From contig CBDDDG010000023.1 of assembly GCA_965226555.1 (NCBI GenBank), positions 1-38,456 on the forward strand: DNA of 38,456 nt, in the 5' to 3' direction. Source of the stretch: Salinispira sp. (GTDB lineage: Bacteria > Spirochaetota > Spirochaetia > DSM-27196 > Salinispiraceae). A program made the translations under genes and the position numbers. Below are positions 9,539-17,557 of this stretch, in pieces; within the stretch, counting starts at the first letter, position 1; every line of letters starts with the position of its first letter. Under the pieces are notes generated by a model that saw only the letters and a list, made by a program, of their open reading frames with translations, was not told where the DNA came from and did not search any database.

Positions 9539-9810
9539 CAGCGCAGCCGCATCTGCCTCAACCCGGACGCATGGGCGAGCCGGAGTCTTCATTTTCTCTT
9601 GATTATTTGAGTTTGATGAATTATGTTTTGAAGCAATAGGAGAATCTTGTTGTGTTGCGTAGGGGAGTGTCCGCCTAAGACAGACTAAACGAATGCCGGA
9701 TGAGCGCCGCCCAGCTCCCGCGAGCGTCCGTAACAGGCCAAAGTGTTGCATTCGCAGATTCTGATTTTGATTGATTGACTATATTTTGTTATTTTGTTAA
9801 TATAATTCTT

Positions 9811-11061
9811 ATGAAAAAATCTGCAAAATCGACCGCGGCCATAATCACCATTGTTGTCGCATCGCTCTATTATCTGTTTGAGTTTGTATCGCGTGTAGAA
9901 CCAAGCCTTGCAATCAGCCAGATATCTACATTTTATAAGCTGTCGGAAACCCAGTTTGGAACTCTGGTAAGCCTGTTTTTCTGGATATATGCGCCCATGC
10001 AGATTGTTGTGGGACTTCTCCTCGACAGGCATGGCGCGCGTCCCTTGGTAATAACAGGTACGCTTCTCTGTTCTCTGGGTATGTTTTTATTCATCGCAGT
10101 TCCGCTGCCGCTGTTGGCCGGACTCGGACGCCTTATGACCGGACTGGGAGCCTCCTTTGCCTTTGTCAGTGCCCTGTATCTTATTAATCACTGGTTTCCG
10201 CCGCAGCGCTTTGCTCTGTTGTCGGGAATAGTAAACGCTATCGGTATGGTCGGTACTGCGGCTGGTTCGGTGGCGTTGACAGTACTTATAATGAATTGGG
10301 GCTGGCGGCCGACCTTCATGGCGACTGGAATGTTCGGACTTGTCATTTTTCTTCTGGCTATTTTTTTCCTGAAAGATGCTCCGAATGCGGTACTGCCGAA
10401 GAAAAATTCTGCTGCGGCTCATGTCGGCAGCAGCCTGCGAAACGTACTTACCAATCGCCGTATATGGATCATCGCCGTTCTGGGAATGCTGTACTATGTT
10501 CCCCTCAATGTTTTCGGGGTACTGTGGGGGCATGAGGCGCTCATACAAAACAACGGACTGTCTCCGGTGGAGGCGCAAACTGCCACAGCCATGATTTTCT
10601 GGGGTGTCGCTGCCGGAAGTATTGCCTTTGGCGCCCTTTCGGACGCCTTGGGACATCGGCAGAAACTTATTCTGGCAGGCCTGATACTGACAATTATTAC
10701 CTTTTCAGCGCTCATTTATCTTCCGCTGAAATCGGTAATTATCATCAGTCTTCTCCTCTTTGCCGGAGGCTTCTTCATTGGCGCTCAGATGCTCACCTTC
10801 ACAATGGCAAAAGAGGGCTTATCCAAGCAAAACACCGGTACGGCAGTAGCCTTTATTAATATGATCGGCATTGGGGGCGCAATCGTTTTCCAACCGCTGA
10901 CAAGCTATTTGCTGGAGATCTTCAATGACAATTTTACCAGAGCCCTGACAGTACTTCCGGTCTCACTAATTGCCGCCGTGCTGCTGACATTCCTGCTTCG
11001 GGATGAACAGCATGCCGATCATTCTTCCATGGGCGGACGGGCGCGGGTTGCACGGTCGTAG
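9811..11061 (+). CDS. MFS transporter
   Basis: About 12 TM segments; motif A-like 'GLLLDRHGARP' and 'GALSDALGHRQ'; 'GRLMTGLG'. Confidence 0.93.
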   Translation: MKKSAKSTAAIITIVVASLYYLFEFVSRVEPSLAISQISTFYKLSETQFGTLVSLFFWIYAPMQIVVGLLLDRHGARPLVITGTLLCSLGMFLFIAVPLPLLAGLGRLMTGLGASFAFVSALYLINHWFPPQRFALLSGIVNAIGMVGTAAGSVALTVLIMNWGWRPTFMATGMFGLVIFLLAIFFLKDAPNAVLPKKNSAAAHVGSSLRNVLTNRRIWIIAVLGMLYYVPLNVFGVLWGHEALIQNNGLSPVEAQTATAMIFWGVAAGSIAFGALSDALGHRQKLILAGLILTIITFSALIYLPLKSVIIISLLLFAGGFFIGAQMLTFTMAKEGLSKQNTGTAVAFINMIGIGGAIVFQPLTSYLLEIFNDNFTRALTVLPVSLIAAVLLTFLLRDEQHADHSSMGGRARVARS

Positions 11062-11122
11062 GCTTGCGCCTCCTGGGCTGGTCGGAGGTTTGCGCCTCCT
11101 GCTCGCCCATGCGTCTGGATCA
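11035..11122. repeat. GC-rich REP-like repeat cluster upstream of Rpn-2
   Basis: GGGCTGGTCGG..TTGCGCCTCCTGCTCGCCCATGCGTC is shared with 12736-12856, 26598-26770 and 28305-28388. Confidence 0.8.
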
Positions 11123-11373
11123 GGCTAATATCCCAAAATAATAAAACTTTTTTCAAAAAATTTCTCATTTTGTCATTCACCGTTCATATTTTACCCGTCT
11201 ATATAGTATGAGCAAAAAATATAGCGGTATGGTACATGACAAAAGCTGGAAATATGTTTTCGGGAATGCTCAGATATTCCGGGATTTCATATATTCATAC
11301 TTCAACAAAGACCTCGCGCGGAGCATTGTTCCCGGGAGTATGCTGAGCATCAACACAGAGTTTATTCACAACC

Positions 11374-11469
11374 AAAGTTTTGCCTGAGGCAAAACTTTCT
11401 ATACCTTGAGAGAATCAAGAATATAGATGAGAGAAAGCTCATTGGAAAATTTTGCAGAGCAAAATTTTC
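11374..11469 (+). mobile_element. 96-bp palindromic mosaic element, insertion 1 in Rpn-2
   Basis: Four consecutive hairpins: AAAGTTTTGCC-TGA-GGCAAAACTTT, CTATACCTTGA..TCAAGAATATAG, ATGAG..CTCAT and GAAAATTTTGC-AGA-GCAAAATTTTC. It interrupts coding sequence. Confidence 0.8.
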
Positions 11470-11574
11470 TGAGGCGAACTCAAGCATTCCATCTCCGATG
11501 TCATTTACAAAACTACGTGCCGTTTCAAAGATAGCGCGCGGAAACTGAAACCGCTCGATGTCTACTTTATCACC

Positions 11575-11697
11575 AAAGTTTTGCCACAGGCAAAACTTTC
11601 TAAAAATAGGAGAATGCTAAGCACAAAGAAAGCATTTCGAATCTGAAACTTTTGCTACTGGAAATTGCGCACGCGCAATTTTCCAATGCAAAAGTTT
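11575..11697 (+). mobile_element. 123-bp palindromic mosaic element, insertion 2 in Rpn-2
   Basis: Short hairpin + GAATGCTAAGCACAAAGAAAGCATT module + long hairpin; removal joins ACC|TGT in frame. Confidence 0.8.
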
Positions 11698-11808
11698 TGT
11701 ATTGAGTTTCAGTCGACAGTGGATAACACCATGCCAGGGAGAATATACACATACGCCCAGCGCTTATCCGAACGCATTTCCTCATCGGGGAAGAAGAAAA
11801 CCGATAAT

Positions 11809-11904
11809 AAAGTTTTGCCTCAGGCAAAACTTTCTATACCTTGAGAGAATCAAGAGTATAGATGAGAGAATCCTTATTTGAAAATTTTGCAGAGCAAAAT
11901 TTTC
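11809..11904 (+). mobile_element. 96-bp palindromic mosaic element, insertion 3 in Rpn-2
   Basis: Same architecture as 11374-11469 with a few substitutions; removal joins AAT|AGT in frame. Confidence 0.8.
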
Positions 11905-12204
11905 AGTTACCGGATAATCACCCTTGTCATATACACCTGCTCCGGAGCGCCAATGACAAATTCTGACCCCCGCAAAATAGATTTTTCATCATATCTTTAC
12001 TTAGGCATTTGTATATCCCCCTATTTTCAGATCAACATTGATACTTTCACTAACGATGAACTCATCGCCACCGGCGGAGTCATTTCAGCGATAATGTATA
12101 TTGAGAATCTTGGAACAATAGAAGAATACACAGAAGAAACAATCGTCATCCTCAACAATATGATACAGAATAAGATTCCCGAAAATAGCGATGTATTATA
12201 TGAC

Positions 12205-12327
12205 AAAGTTTTGCCTTGGAAAATTGCGCGTGCGCAATTTCCAGTAGCAAAACTTTCTATACCTTGAGAGAATCAAGAATATAGATGAGAGAACCCTCAT
12301 TGGAAAATTGTGCAGAGCACAATTTTC
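12205..12327 (+). mobile_element. 123-bp palindromic mosaic element, insertion 4 in Rpn-2
   Basis: Long hairpin + the same three downstream hairpins as insertions 1 and 3; removal joins GAC|TGT in frame. Confidence 0.8.
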
Positions 12328-12453
12328 TGTGAATGGATAATAAAGAGATTTGATGGTAAGATAACTAAGGATGAAACAAAGAAACTATTTGCTGGTCGCG
12401 CTCCGCGCTGCTCGCCATGCAGCCGGCAGTAAAATCCTGAGGAGGTAAAACGT

Positions 12454-12735
12454 ATGTTGGTAGATCTTTTAGATAAGCCATGGCGGGCAGGTGTTGAGCA
12501 CGGGCTTGAGCAGGGGCTTGAGCAGGGACTTGAGCAAGGACTTGAGCAAGGACTTGAGCAGGGGCTTGAACAAGGACGTGAGCAGGGGATTGCGCAGGGG
12601 CAAACTGAGCTCCAACGTGAGCATGTACTCAGAATGCTCAGGGAAGGTCTGTCTATGAACCTTATTCATAAGGTCACCGAGCTCAGCGGGGATGAAATTC
12701 GGGCATTTCAGAAAAACAAAAACGGTAAAGCGTAG
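12454..12735 (+). CDS. Intact small C-terminal protein (RpnS-like) of Rpn-2 with GLEQ 12-bp repeats
   Basis: GGAGGT at 12441-12446, ATG at 12454, open 93-aa frame with the Rpn C-terminal motif. Confidence 0.7.
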   Translation: MLVDLLDKPWRAGVEHGLEQGLEQGLEQGLEQGLEQGLEQGREQGIAQGQTELQREHVLRMLREGLSMNLIHKVTELSGDEIRAFQKNKNGKA

Positions 12736-12856
12736 CCGCGCATCATGGGCTGGTCGGCGTTGCACGCCTGCTCGCCATGCGTCCGGGCTGGTCGGCGTTG
12801 CACGCCTGCTCGCCATGCGTCCGGGCTGGTCGGCGTTGCACGCCTGCTCGCCCATG
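12736..12856. repeat. GC-rich 38-bp tandem repeat (about 3 units) downstream of Rpn-2
   Basis: Unit GGGCTGGTCGGCGTTGCACGCCTGCTCGCCATGCGTCC repeated from 12747. Confidence 0.92.
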
Positions 12857-12889
12857 TCGGGGGCATCATCTCACATAATTTTTCCTCAT

Positions 12890-12940
12890 AGAAACTTTTG
12901 GAAACTTTTGCATTGGAAAATTGCGCTCTGCAAAATTTTC
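12890..12940. repeat. AT-rich palindromic element, partial
   Basis: GAAACTTTTGCATTGGAAAATTGCGCTCTGCAAAATTTTC directly before the IS. Confidence 0.8.
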
Positions 12941-12943
12941 TTA

Positions 12944-14669
12944 CGAGCCTGTCGGACTTTACCCGGGTTGATAGTGGTATTGCGTTTGATTGGAGAATCT
13001 GATATAGTTTTTTCATGCAACGATTTAAGTCATGTAGTCAAGATCAACAATTCCTGATGCCTCTTGATATGAGAGATTGGGTTCCCGAAGATCATCTGGT
13101 CAATTTTATTAACGAAGCGGTAAGCACCATAGACAGTACCGTTTTTCATATCAATAGGCGGGGAAGCGGGAGCGAGCAATATCATCCGAAAATGATGCTT
13201 GCCTTGCTGATATATAGCTACACGGAAGGACGATTTAGCAGTCGCCGGATAGAACGGTCAACGTACGAGAATATCTGTGCGCTCTATCTGACCGGCAACA
13301 CGCATCCCGATCACGATACTATTTGTCGCTTTCGCCGAAAAAATACAGAAGCGATACACAAAGCGTTTATCCGTATTCTGCTGCTTGCCAAAGAGATAGG
13401 CATTCTGAAGGTCGGGACGGTCAGTATAGATGGGACACACATTAAAGCCAATGCGAGTAAATTCGAAAATGTGAGCTATGATCGGGCTGAGGAGCTGGAG
13501 AAACGGCTTGATGAGGACATTCAGAAATTGTTAGTGGAGGCAGAAGCGGCCGATACCGCAGACGATGAGGATGCGAACAGATTACCACAGGAGATTGCCC
13601 GAAGGCAGAAACTCCGCGAAAAGATGATCCATGCGCGAGCTGAAGTGGAAAGACGCGCGCGTGTCCGCGAGGAAAGAGAACAGGAGAAAGCGGAGAAAAA
13701 AGATGGAGCAAATGATACGGAAGATGTTTCCCCCGGCGGGGGAGCGAAGACAGACGCTCAGAGCGAAGGGCCTCCTGATCGGGCGATCCCGCCTGCGGAC
13801 GGACAGAAAACACTTTTTGCCGATGATGATCCTGAAGACATTTCAGCGAAGGCACAGGAGATTCTGCCGAAGGGCGAGCAGGCATGCAACAACACTGATC
13901 CTGACAGCCGTATTATGACAAAGGGATCGGGAACACAGCAGGCCTATAATGCTCAGGCGGTAGTCGATGCCGATGGCACGCAATTAATTGTCGGGACGCG
14001 TGTTTCCCAGTGTTCATCTGACCGGAATGAACTGGTAAACGATTGTCTCTCTGTTCCCCCAGATGTCGGGAAGCCCGAGCGAGCGCTTGCTGACGCGGGC
14101 TTTGTCAATGGCGATGAAGTGAAAACAGTAGAGGAAGAAATGGGGATAGATGTTCTGGTGTCTGTTCGGGCTGAAGAGACACATAATCCGCGAGAATACG
14201 ACTATCGACCGGAAGAGAAAAATGCCAACACCACGCCTCCAAAAGAATCCAAGCCATGGATAAAAGATATGAACGCCAAATTTCAGAAGTCCGAGAACCG
14301 AAAACTCTATGCCCGCAGGAAGCAGACGGTGGAACCGGTATTCGGGATTATTAAGCAGTGCATGGGATTTCGACAATTTCTCCACAGAGGCCTTGCACAT
14401 GTTACGAGTGAATGGGAACTTGTCGCGTTGGCTTATAATTGCAAGAGACTTCATCGACTGAAAATGACCTATGGATAATAGAAAAACTCCCCCCGTTGCG
14501 CCCGCGCATAGTTCCAACTGGCATCATCGAAGCGCGAATGGGTTCACGATGCCACCCCGCGCCTGAAGAAAACAACGCGATAACTGACGGCAATACTCAT
14601 TCCCACCATCATTCCCACATCCATCGACTCACATCAAACAACATTATTTAGTTATGTACGACAGGCTCT
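12944..14669 (+). mobile_element. IS1182-family insertion sequence, copy 1
   Basis: Terminal IRs (C)GAGCCTGTCGGAC / GTACGACAGGCTC(T); near-identical to 22328-24050; flanked by TA on both sides (TTAC if the ends are set 1 bp inward). Confidence 0.93.
13015..14478 (+). CDS. IS1182-family DDE transposase
   Basis: 'QFLMPLDMRDWVPEDHL', 'YHPKMMLALLIYSY', 'PDHDTICRFR', 'SIDGTHIKANAS', 'TDPDSRIM', 'YNAQ', 'LADAGF', 'RKQTVEPVFGIIK'. Confidence 0.95.
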   Translation: MQRFKSCSQDQQFLMPLDMRDWVPEDHLVNFINEAVSTIDSTVFHINRRGSGSEQYHPKMMLALLIYSYTEGRFSSRRIERSTYENICALYLTGNTHPDHDTICRFRRKNTEAIHKAFIRILLLAKEIGILKVGTVSIDGTHIKANASKFENVSYDRAEELEKRLDEDIQKLLVEAEAADTADDEDANRLPQEIARRQKLREKMIHARAEVERRARVREEREQEKAEKKDGANDTEDVSPGGGAKTDAQSEGPPDRAIPPADGQKTLFADDDPEDISAKAQEILPKGEQACNNTDPDSRIMTKGSGTQQAYNAQAVVDADGTQLIVGTRVSQCSSDRNELVNDCLSVPPDVGKPERALADAGFVNGDEVKTVEEEMGIDVLVSVRAEETHNPREYDYRPEEKNANTTPPKESKPWIKDMNAKFQKSENRKLYARRKQTVEPVFGIIKQCMGFRQFLHRGLAHVTSEWELVALAYNCKRLHRLKMTYG

Positions 14670-15850
14670 TACTGAACATAGCGCACCCTCGTGAGGAAGA
14701 GCACCATAATTGATATAAGCAGGGTCGGGATAAATGCCAGAGCGATCATAGTATTGCCGAGAAGTCCCATAACCGGAACGATAATCATAATGCCAATGCC
14801 GTTGCCGGCGTAGGTTAGACCATTGAAAAGCGCCCGTTTACTGTCGGGAAGAAGGGAATTGATATGCTTCTGGGCAATGGGAAACACCGGACCAAAGGAT
14901 GCGCCGAGCACAATAAAGAGCCATGCCCCGACTCCCGCCATCCATAAGGCGGTAATGATAAGAGAAAAAAGGGTCAGAATGAAAATTGCCCGTGGGGGAG
15001 CCGCAGGAATCCGGTCTGAAAAAAACCTGCTCAGGGTGAAAAGCAGCCAGAATCCGCTCAGTATAAACGAGGCGCTTTCCAAGCCATATCCATCAACACT
15101 CATATTACCCGCCCAGGTACTGGCGCCCACTTCGGCAACTGCATAACTCGATATGAGCATAACTCCGCTGGCAATGGTAAGAGTAATGTTTCTCCCGACC
15201 CGCATATGCTTATTATCCGTTTCTCCGGTATGTCTCCCGTCTCCGGAAACCTCAGACAATACGGGTTCGGGAATTCGGAAAAATACGGCAGTTATCAGAA
15301 CAGGAATAATCACTGCCAAATAAAAAAAGAAGAGCCAGCGAAAATTCATACCGCTATCCACCCAGAATTTGAGAATGAGGGGCGCTGCCATACCGCCAAG
15401 CCCGAAAAATCCATGGTACAGCCCAAAATTCTGCTTTCGAAGTCCGGCATAGATGGTGCTCCCGGTCACAAATCCGCTTCCTATTCCCGCGCCGATAACA
15501 GCATAGGCAATAATAAACTGAGCAAAGGAGTCCGAAACGGCAACAAACAGGCATCCTCCCATTGTCAGAATGAAGGACAAAAGCAGCGTTGCCTTTCTCC
15601 CTACGCTGTTCATGAAAATCCCGAGTATGAGGGTTGATGCGGAGAGTGAAATGGATATGACAGCAGGGAGAATACCGCTCTCTGCAATGCTAATTTCAAA
15701 GCTCTCCTGAATGAGCACCAGAAGGGGGTGGGAAGTATTTATAATCATGGCGAGAATGAAATGAGCGCCTGTGAGCAGAACACGGAGGGAGCGTTCGGAA
15801 TGCCCCCTACTTATATGTTTGGTCATATGTTTGGACATATGTTTAGTCAT
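14669..15850 (-). CDS. MFS transporter (fucose permease/TsgA-like sugar transporter)
   Basis: Multiple TM segments; 'YHGFFGLGGMAAP', 'YAVAEVGASTW', 'GPVFP'. The N-terminus carries a 12-bp tandem repeat (MTKH-MSKH-MTKH), so the exact start is uncertain. Confidence 0.88.
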   Translation of the reverse strand: MTKHMSKHMTKHISRGHSERSLRVLLTGAHFILAMIINTSHPLLVLIQESFEISIAESGILPAVISISLSASTLILGIFMNSVGRKATLLLSFILTMGGCLFVAVSDSFAQFIIAYAVIGAGIGSGFVTGSTIYAGLRKQNFGLYHGFFGLGGMAAPLILKFWVDSGMNFRWLFFFYLAVIIPVLITAVFFRIPEPVLSEVSGDGRHTGETDNKHMRVGRNITLTIASGVMLISSYAVAEVGASTWAGNMSVDGYGLESASFILSGFWLLFTLSRFFSDRIPAAPPRAIFILTLFSLIITALWMAGVGAWLFIVLGASFGPVFPIAQKHINSLLPDSKRALFNGLTYAGNGIGIMIIVPVMGLLGNTMIALAFIPTLLISIMVLFLTRVRYVQ

Positions 15851-16043
15851 ATGTTGCCCGCAGATCTTTTATGCTGACATCTGCAATGTCCGGTTCCGCT
15901 CCCCCTTCTTCACTGGAGAGAAAGCGTATTTCACGCGGTTCCCCGGGAAGAAGGGTGAAGGCGCCGTCACTGAAATGGCCGGGAGCATCGCATTCGGGAA
16001 ACACAAAGAAGGCAGGACGGTCTGCCGAAAGAACAAAGCTTCC
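15843..16043 (-). pseudogene. 3' remnant of a GH2 beta-mannosidase-like gene
   Basis: The frame is not in the ORF track. It reads GSFVLSADRPAFFVFPECDAPGHFSDGAFTLLPGEPREIRF...IKDLRATYD*, resembling the C-terminal Ig-like domain ('FSDNxFxLLPGE'). Its stop overlaps the MFS start (ATGACTAA). Confidence 0.65.
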
Positions 16044-16287
16044 CCGGCTGCTGCCTTTGCCGAATTCAAGGCTGGGCAGGCTCTGGATCGCCTTGATGCT
16101 GAAGTTGAAAACAACCCGCCGCGTTCAGAGGGTGTCGATTCACCGGCTAATCAATAGAGCGTACGGAGGTGGAGGTGTTTACCCTTCATCATAAGGAACA
16201 GACCGGCAAATTACCGTTGGAGCTTGTTCCTGATGTGTGGTTTGCTGGCGCTGTTCACCTCCTGCGTAACCGGAGAGAGGGAACATA

Positions 16288-16524
16288 CTAAAGGAGCATT
16301 GGTTGCTGTTCTTTGAGGACAATTGTTTTGTGGGGAGCAGCTTTTTTTCGTATTTCTTTCAGAATGTGTTCAGGCACCTCTCCGGTGCTTGTATACACGC
16401 AGACCGCATCTTGTTTCTGACGCATGCCGACAGCATGAATGTTGCCTGTTCCGAGATACTGTTTCGAAATATCTTTCTTTGTTTCAAGCAGTGGTTTACT
16501 TGTATGATCAATCATCATATTCAC
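16288..16524 (-). CDS. 78-aa protein resembling the N-terminal pro-region of the upstream protease
   Basis: GTGA overlap with the protease stop; shares the pattern KKxIS...NI[HY]xVG...[IV]xxY...QPxLL with protease residues ~10-102. Confidence 0.65.
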   Translation of the reverse strand: MNMMIDHTSKPLLETKKDISKQYLGTGNIHAVGMRQKQDAVCVYTSTGEVPEHILKEIRKKAAPHKTIVLKEQQPMLL

Positions 16525-17522
16525 ATTAACTCTATTTGTAGATCCGTTAAGACATCATCAATATGATTTGCCAGTGTATACGAACCATCTTCCGGCCCCG
16601 CAAACAACAGTCCAACCGCATTCTGTTCATCATTTTTGCTGACAATTAACGAACCGCTGTCTCCTTCATGCGCTATTGGATTATTATTTGTTGAGTCAAT
16701 ACGTATTTGATCCTCGAATACGGCAATACTATGACCCATACGAACCCGACCATCGTAAGACATATCTGTCACAATTCCTTCAGTATATCCTGTTGTGCGT
16801 CCGTGTTTACACACGTGTATGCCATCTTCTGCCTTCTGCGTATGTTTCGGGGCGTCACCAATTTCACATATCGTATTCACATATTTCATACCCGGGAGCA
16901 AGGTACCAATGGCCGCATCCACTTTATTTATGTTGTTACCAAAACCTATTGGAATAAACCGATGTAATTTCGCAAAAGTATCTGTTCTATTCCCTCCATC
17001 AAGAGAACCCGGCTGATACAATGCATCGCCAATGTTAGCTTCATTGACATCGGCAAATACATGATTATTGCTTAATACATACACCGTTTCGGGATCGTCA
17101 TCAGGATGAATGGAACGGACAAAACAGGCAATTGTTCCGGCACCTATGGCAAAATGTCCGGCGCTAATGCCTGCAATGAGAGGTTTTTGTCGTTTTTTTC
17201 GATGTGCTGTACAGTTTTGAGTATTCAATAGTTGAGGCTGCGGCGATTCAACTACATCGGTAGGAAAACCGTCATAATCGCGTGGTATGTGATCCCATTT
17301 GGACAGCTGGCTGGGCGGTAATTTTTGCTTAACATAAATTCTGATACACGTTGTATTAGTTGCTTTCCCACTGACAATTTTTTTCCCTACCCCAACACCA
17401 TAGATATTGGAAGGCGGGGACTCGGATGCGCTAAAAAATACGTGAAGATTTTCTGAAGCTCTGTATGATTGATAGAGAAGGGTATGACTTATTTCTTTCT
17501 TTACGTGTAAGATATCTGACAT
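16521..17522 (-). CDS. Trypsin-like (Nal1-like) serine protease with N-terminal extension
   Basis: Catalytic triad motifs 'LSNNHVFA' (His), 'VDAAI' (Asp) and 'GDSGS' (Ser); also 'YQPG', 'KHGRTTGYTEG' and 'VGLLFAG'; GGAGGTG RBS before ATG 17522; no obvious signal peptide. Confidence 0.9.
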   Translation of the reverse strand: MSDILHVKKEISHTLLYQSYRASENLHVFFSASESPPSNIYGVGVGKKIVSGKATNTTCIRIYVKQKLPPSQLSKWDHIPRDYDGFPTDVVESPQPQLLNTQNCTAHRKKRQKPLIAGISAGHFAIGAGTIACFVRSIHPDDDPETVYVLSNNHVFADVNEANIGDALYQPGSLDGGNRTDTFAKLHRFIPIGFGNNINKVDAAIGTLLPGMKYVNTICEIGDAPKHTQKAEDGIHVCKHGRTTGYTEGIVTDMSYDGRVRMGHSIAVFEDQIRIDSTNNNPIAHEGDSGSLIVSKNDEQNAVGLLFAGPEDGSYTLANHIDDVLTDLQIELM

Positions 17523-17557
17523 GATATTCACCTCCCCAGAAATTTCTCAACAAACTC

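Larger units (their letters stand above)
11208..12735 (+). pseudogene. Rpn-family gene (Rpn-2) interrupted by four AT-rich palindromic elements and one GC-rich repeat
   Basis: Segments translate in order as MSKKYSGMVHDKSWKYVF...EFIHN | GELKHSISDVIYK...DVYFIT | CIEFQSTVDNTMPGRIYTY...TDN | SYRIITLVIYT...VLYD | CEWIIKRF...KLF | NPEEVKRMLVD...GLEQ repeats...LRMLREGLSMNLIHKVTELS. This is the full Rpn motif order. Confidence 0.88.

Noticed and set aside
11374..12327. Repeat-spacer-repeat pattern resembling a CRISPR array
   Set aside because: The repeats are 96-123 bp and of mixed composition. The 'spacers' are 105, 111 and 300 bp and are consecutive pieces of one Rpn gene. No cas genes are in the window.
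11374..12327. Group I or II introns, or inteins, in Rpn-2
   Set aside because: The inserts are far too short, lack GUGCG...AY ends or a recognisable catalytic core, and contain stop codons.
11374..12432. TGA read-through or recoding making Rpn-2 translatable with its inserts
   Set aside because: Inserts 2-4 contain only TGA stops in frame, but insert 1 also has an in-frame TAG and shifts the frame. A TAA lies at 12430, and TGA is used as a normal stop by other genes here.
12747..12856. 38-bp repeats as a mini-CRISPR
   Set aside because: The units are directly tandem with no unique spacers.
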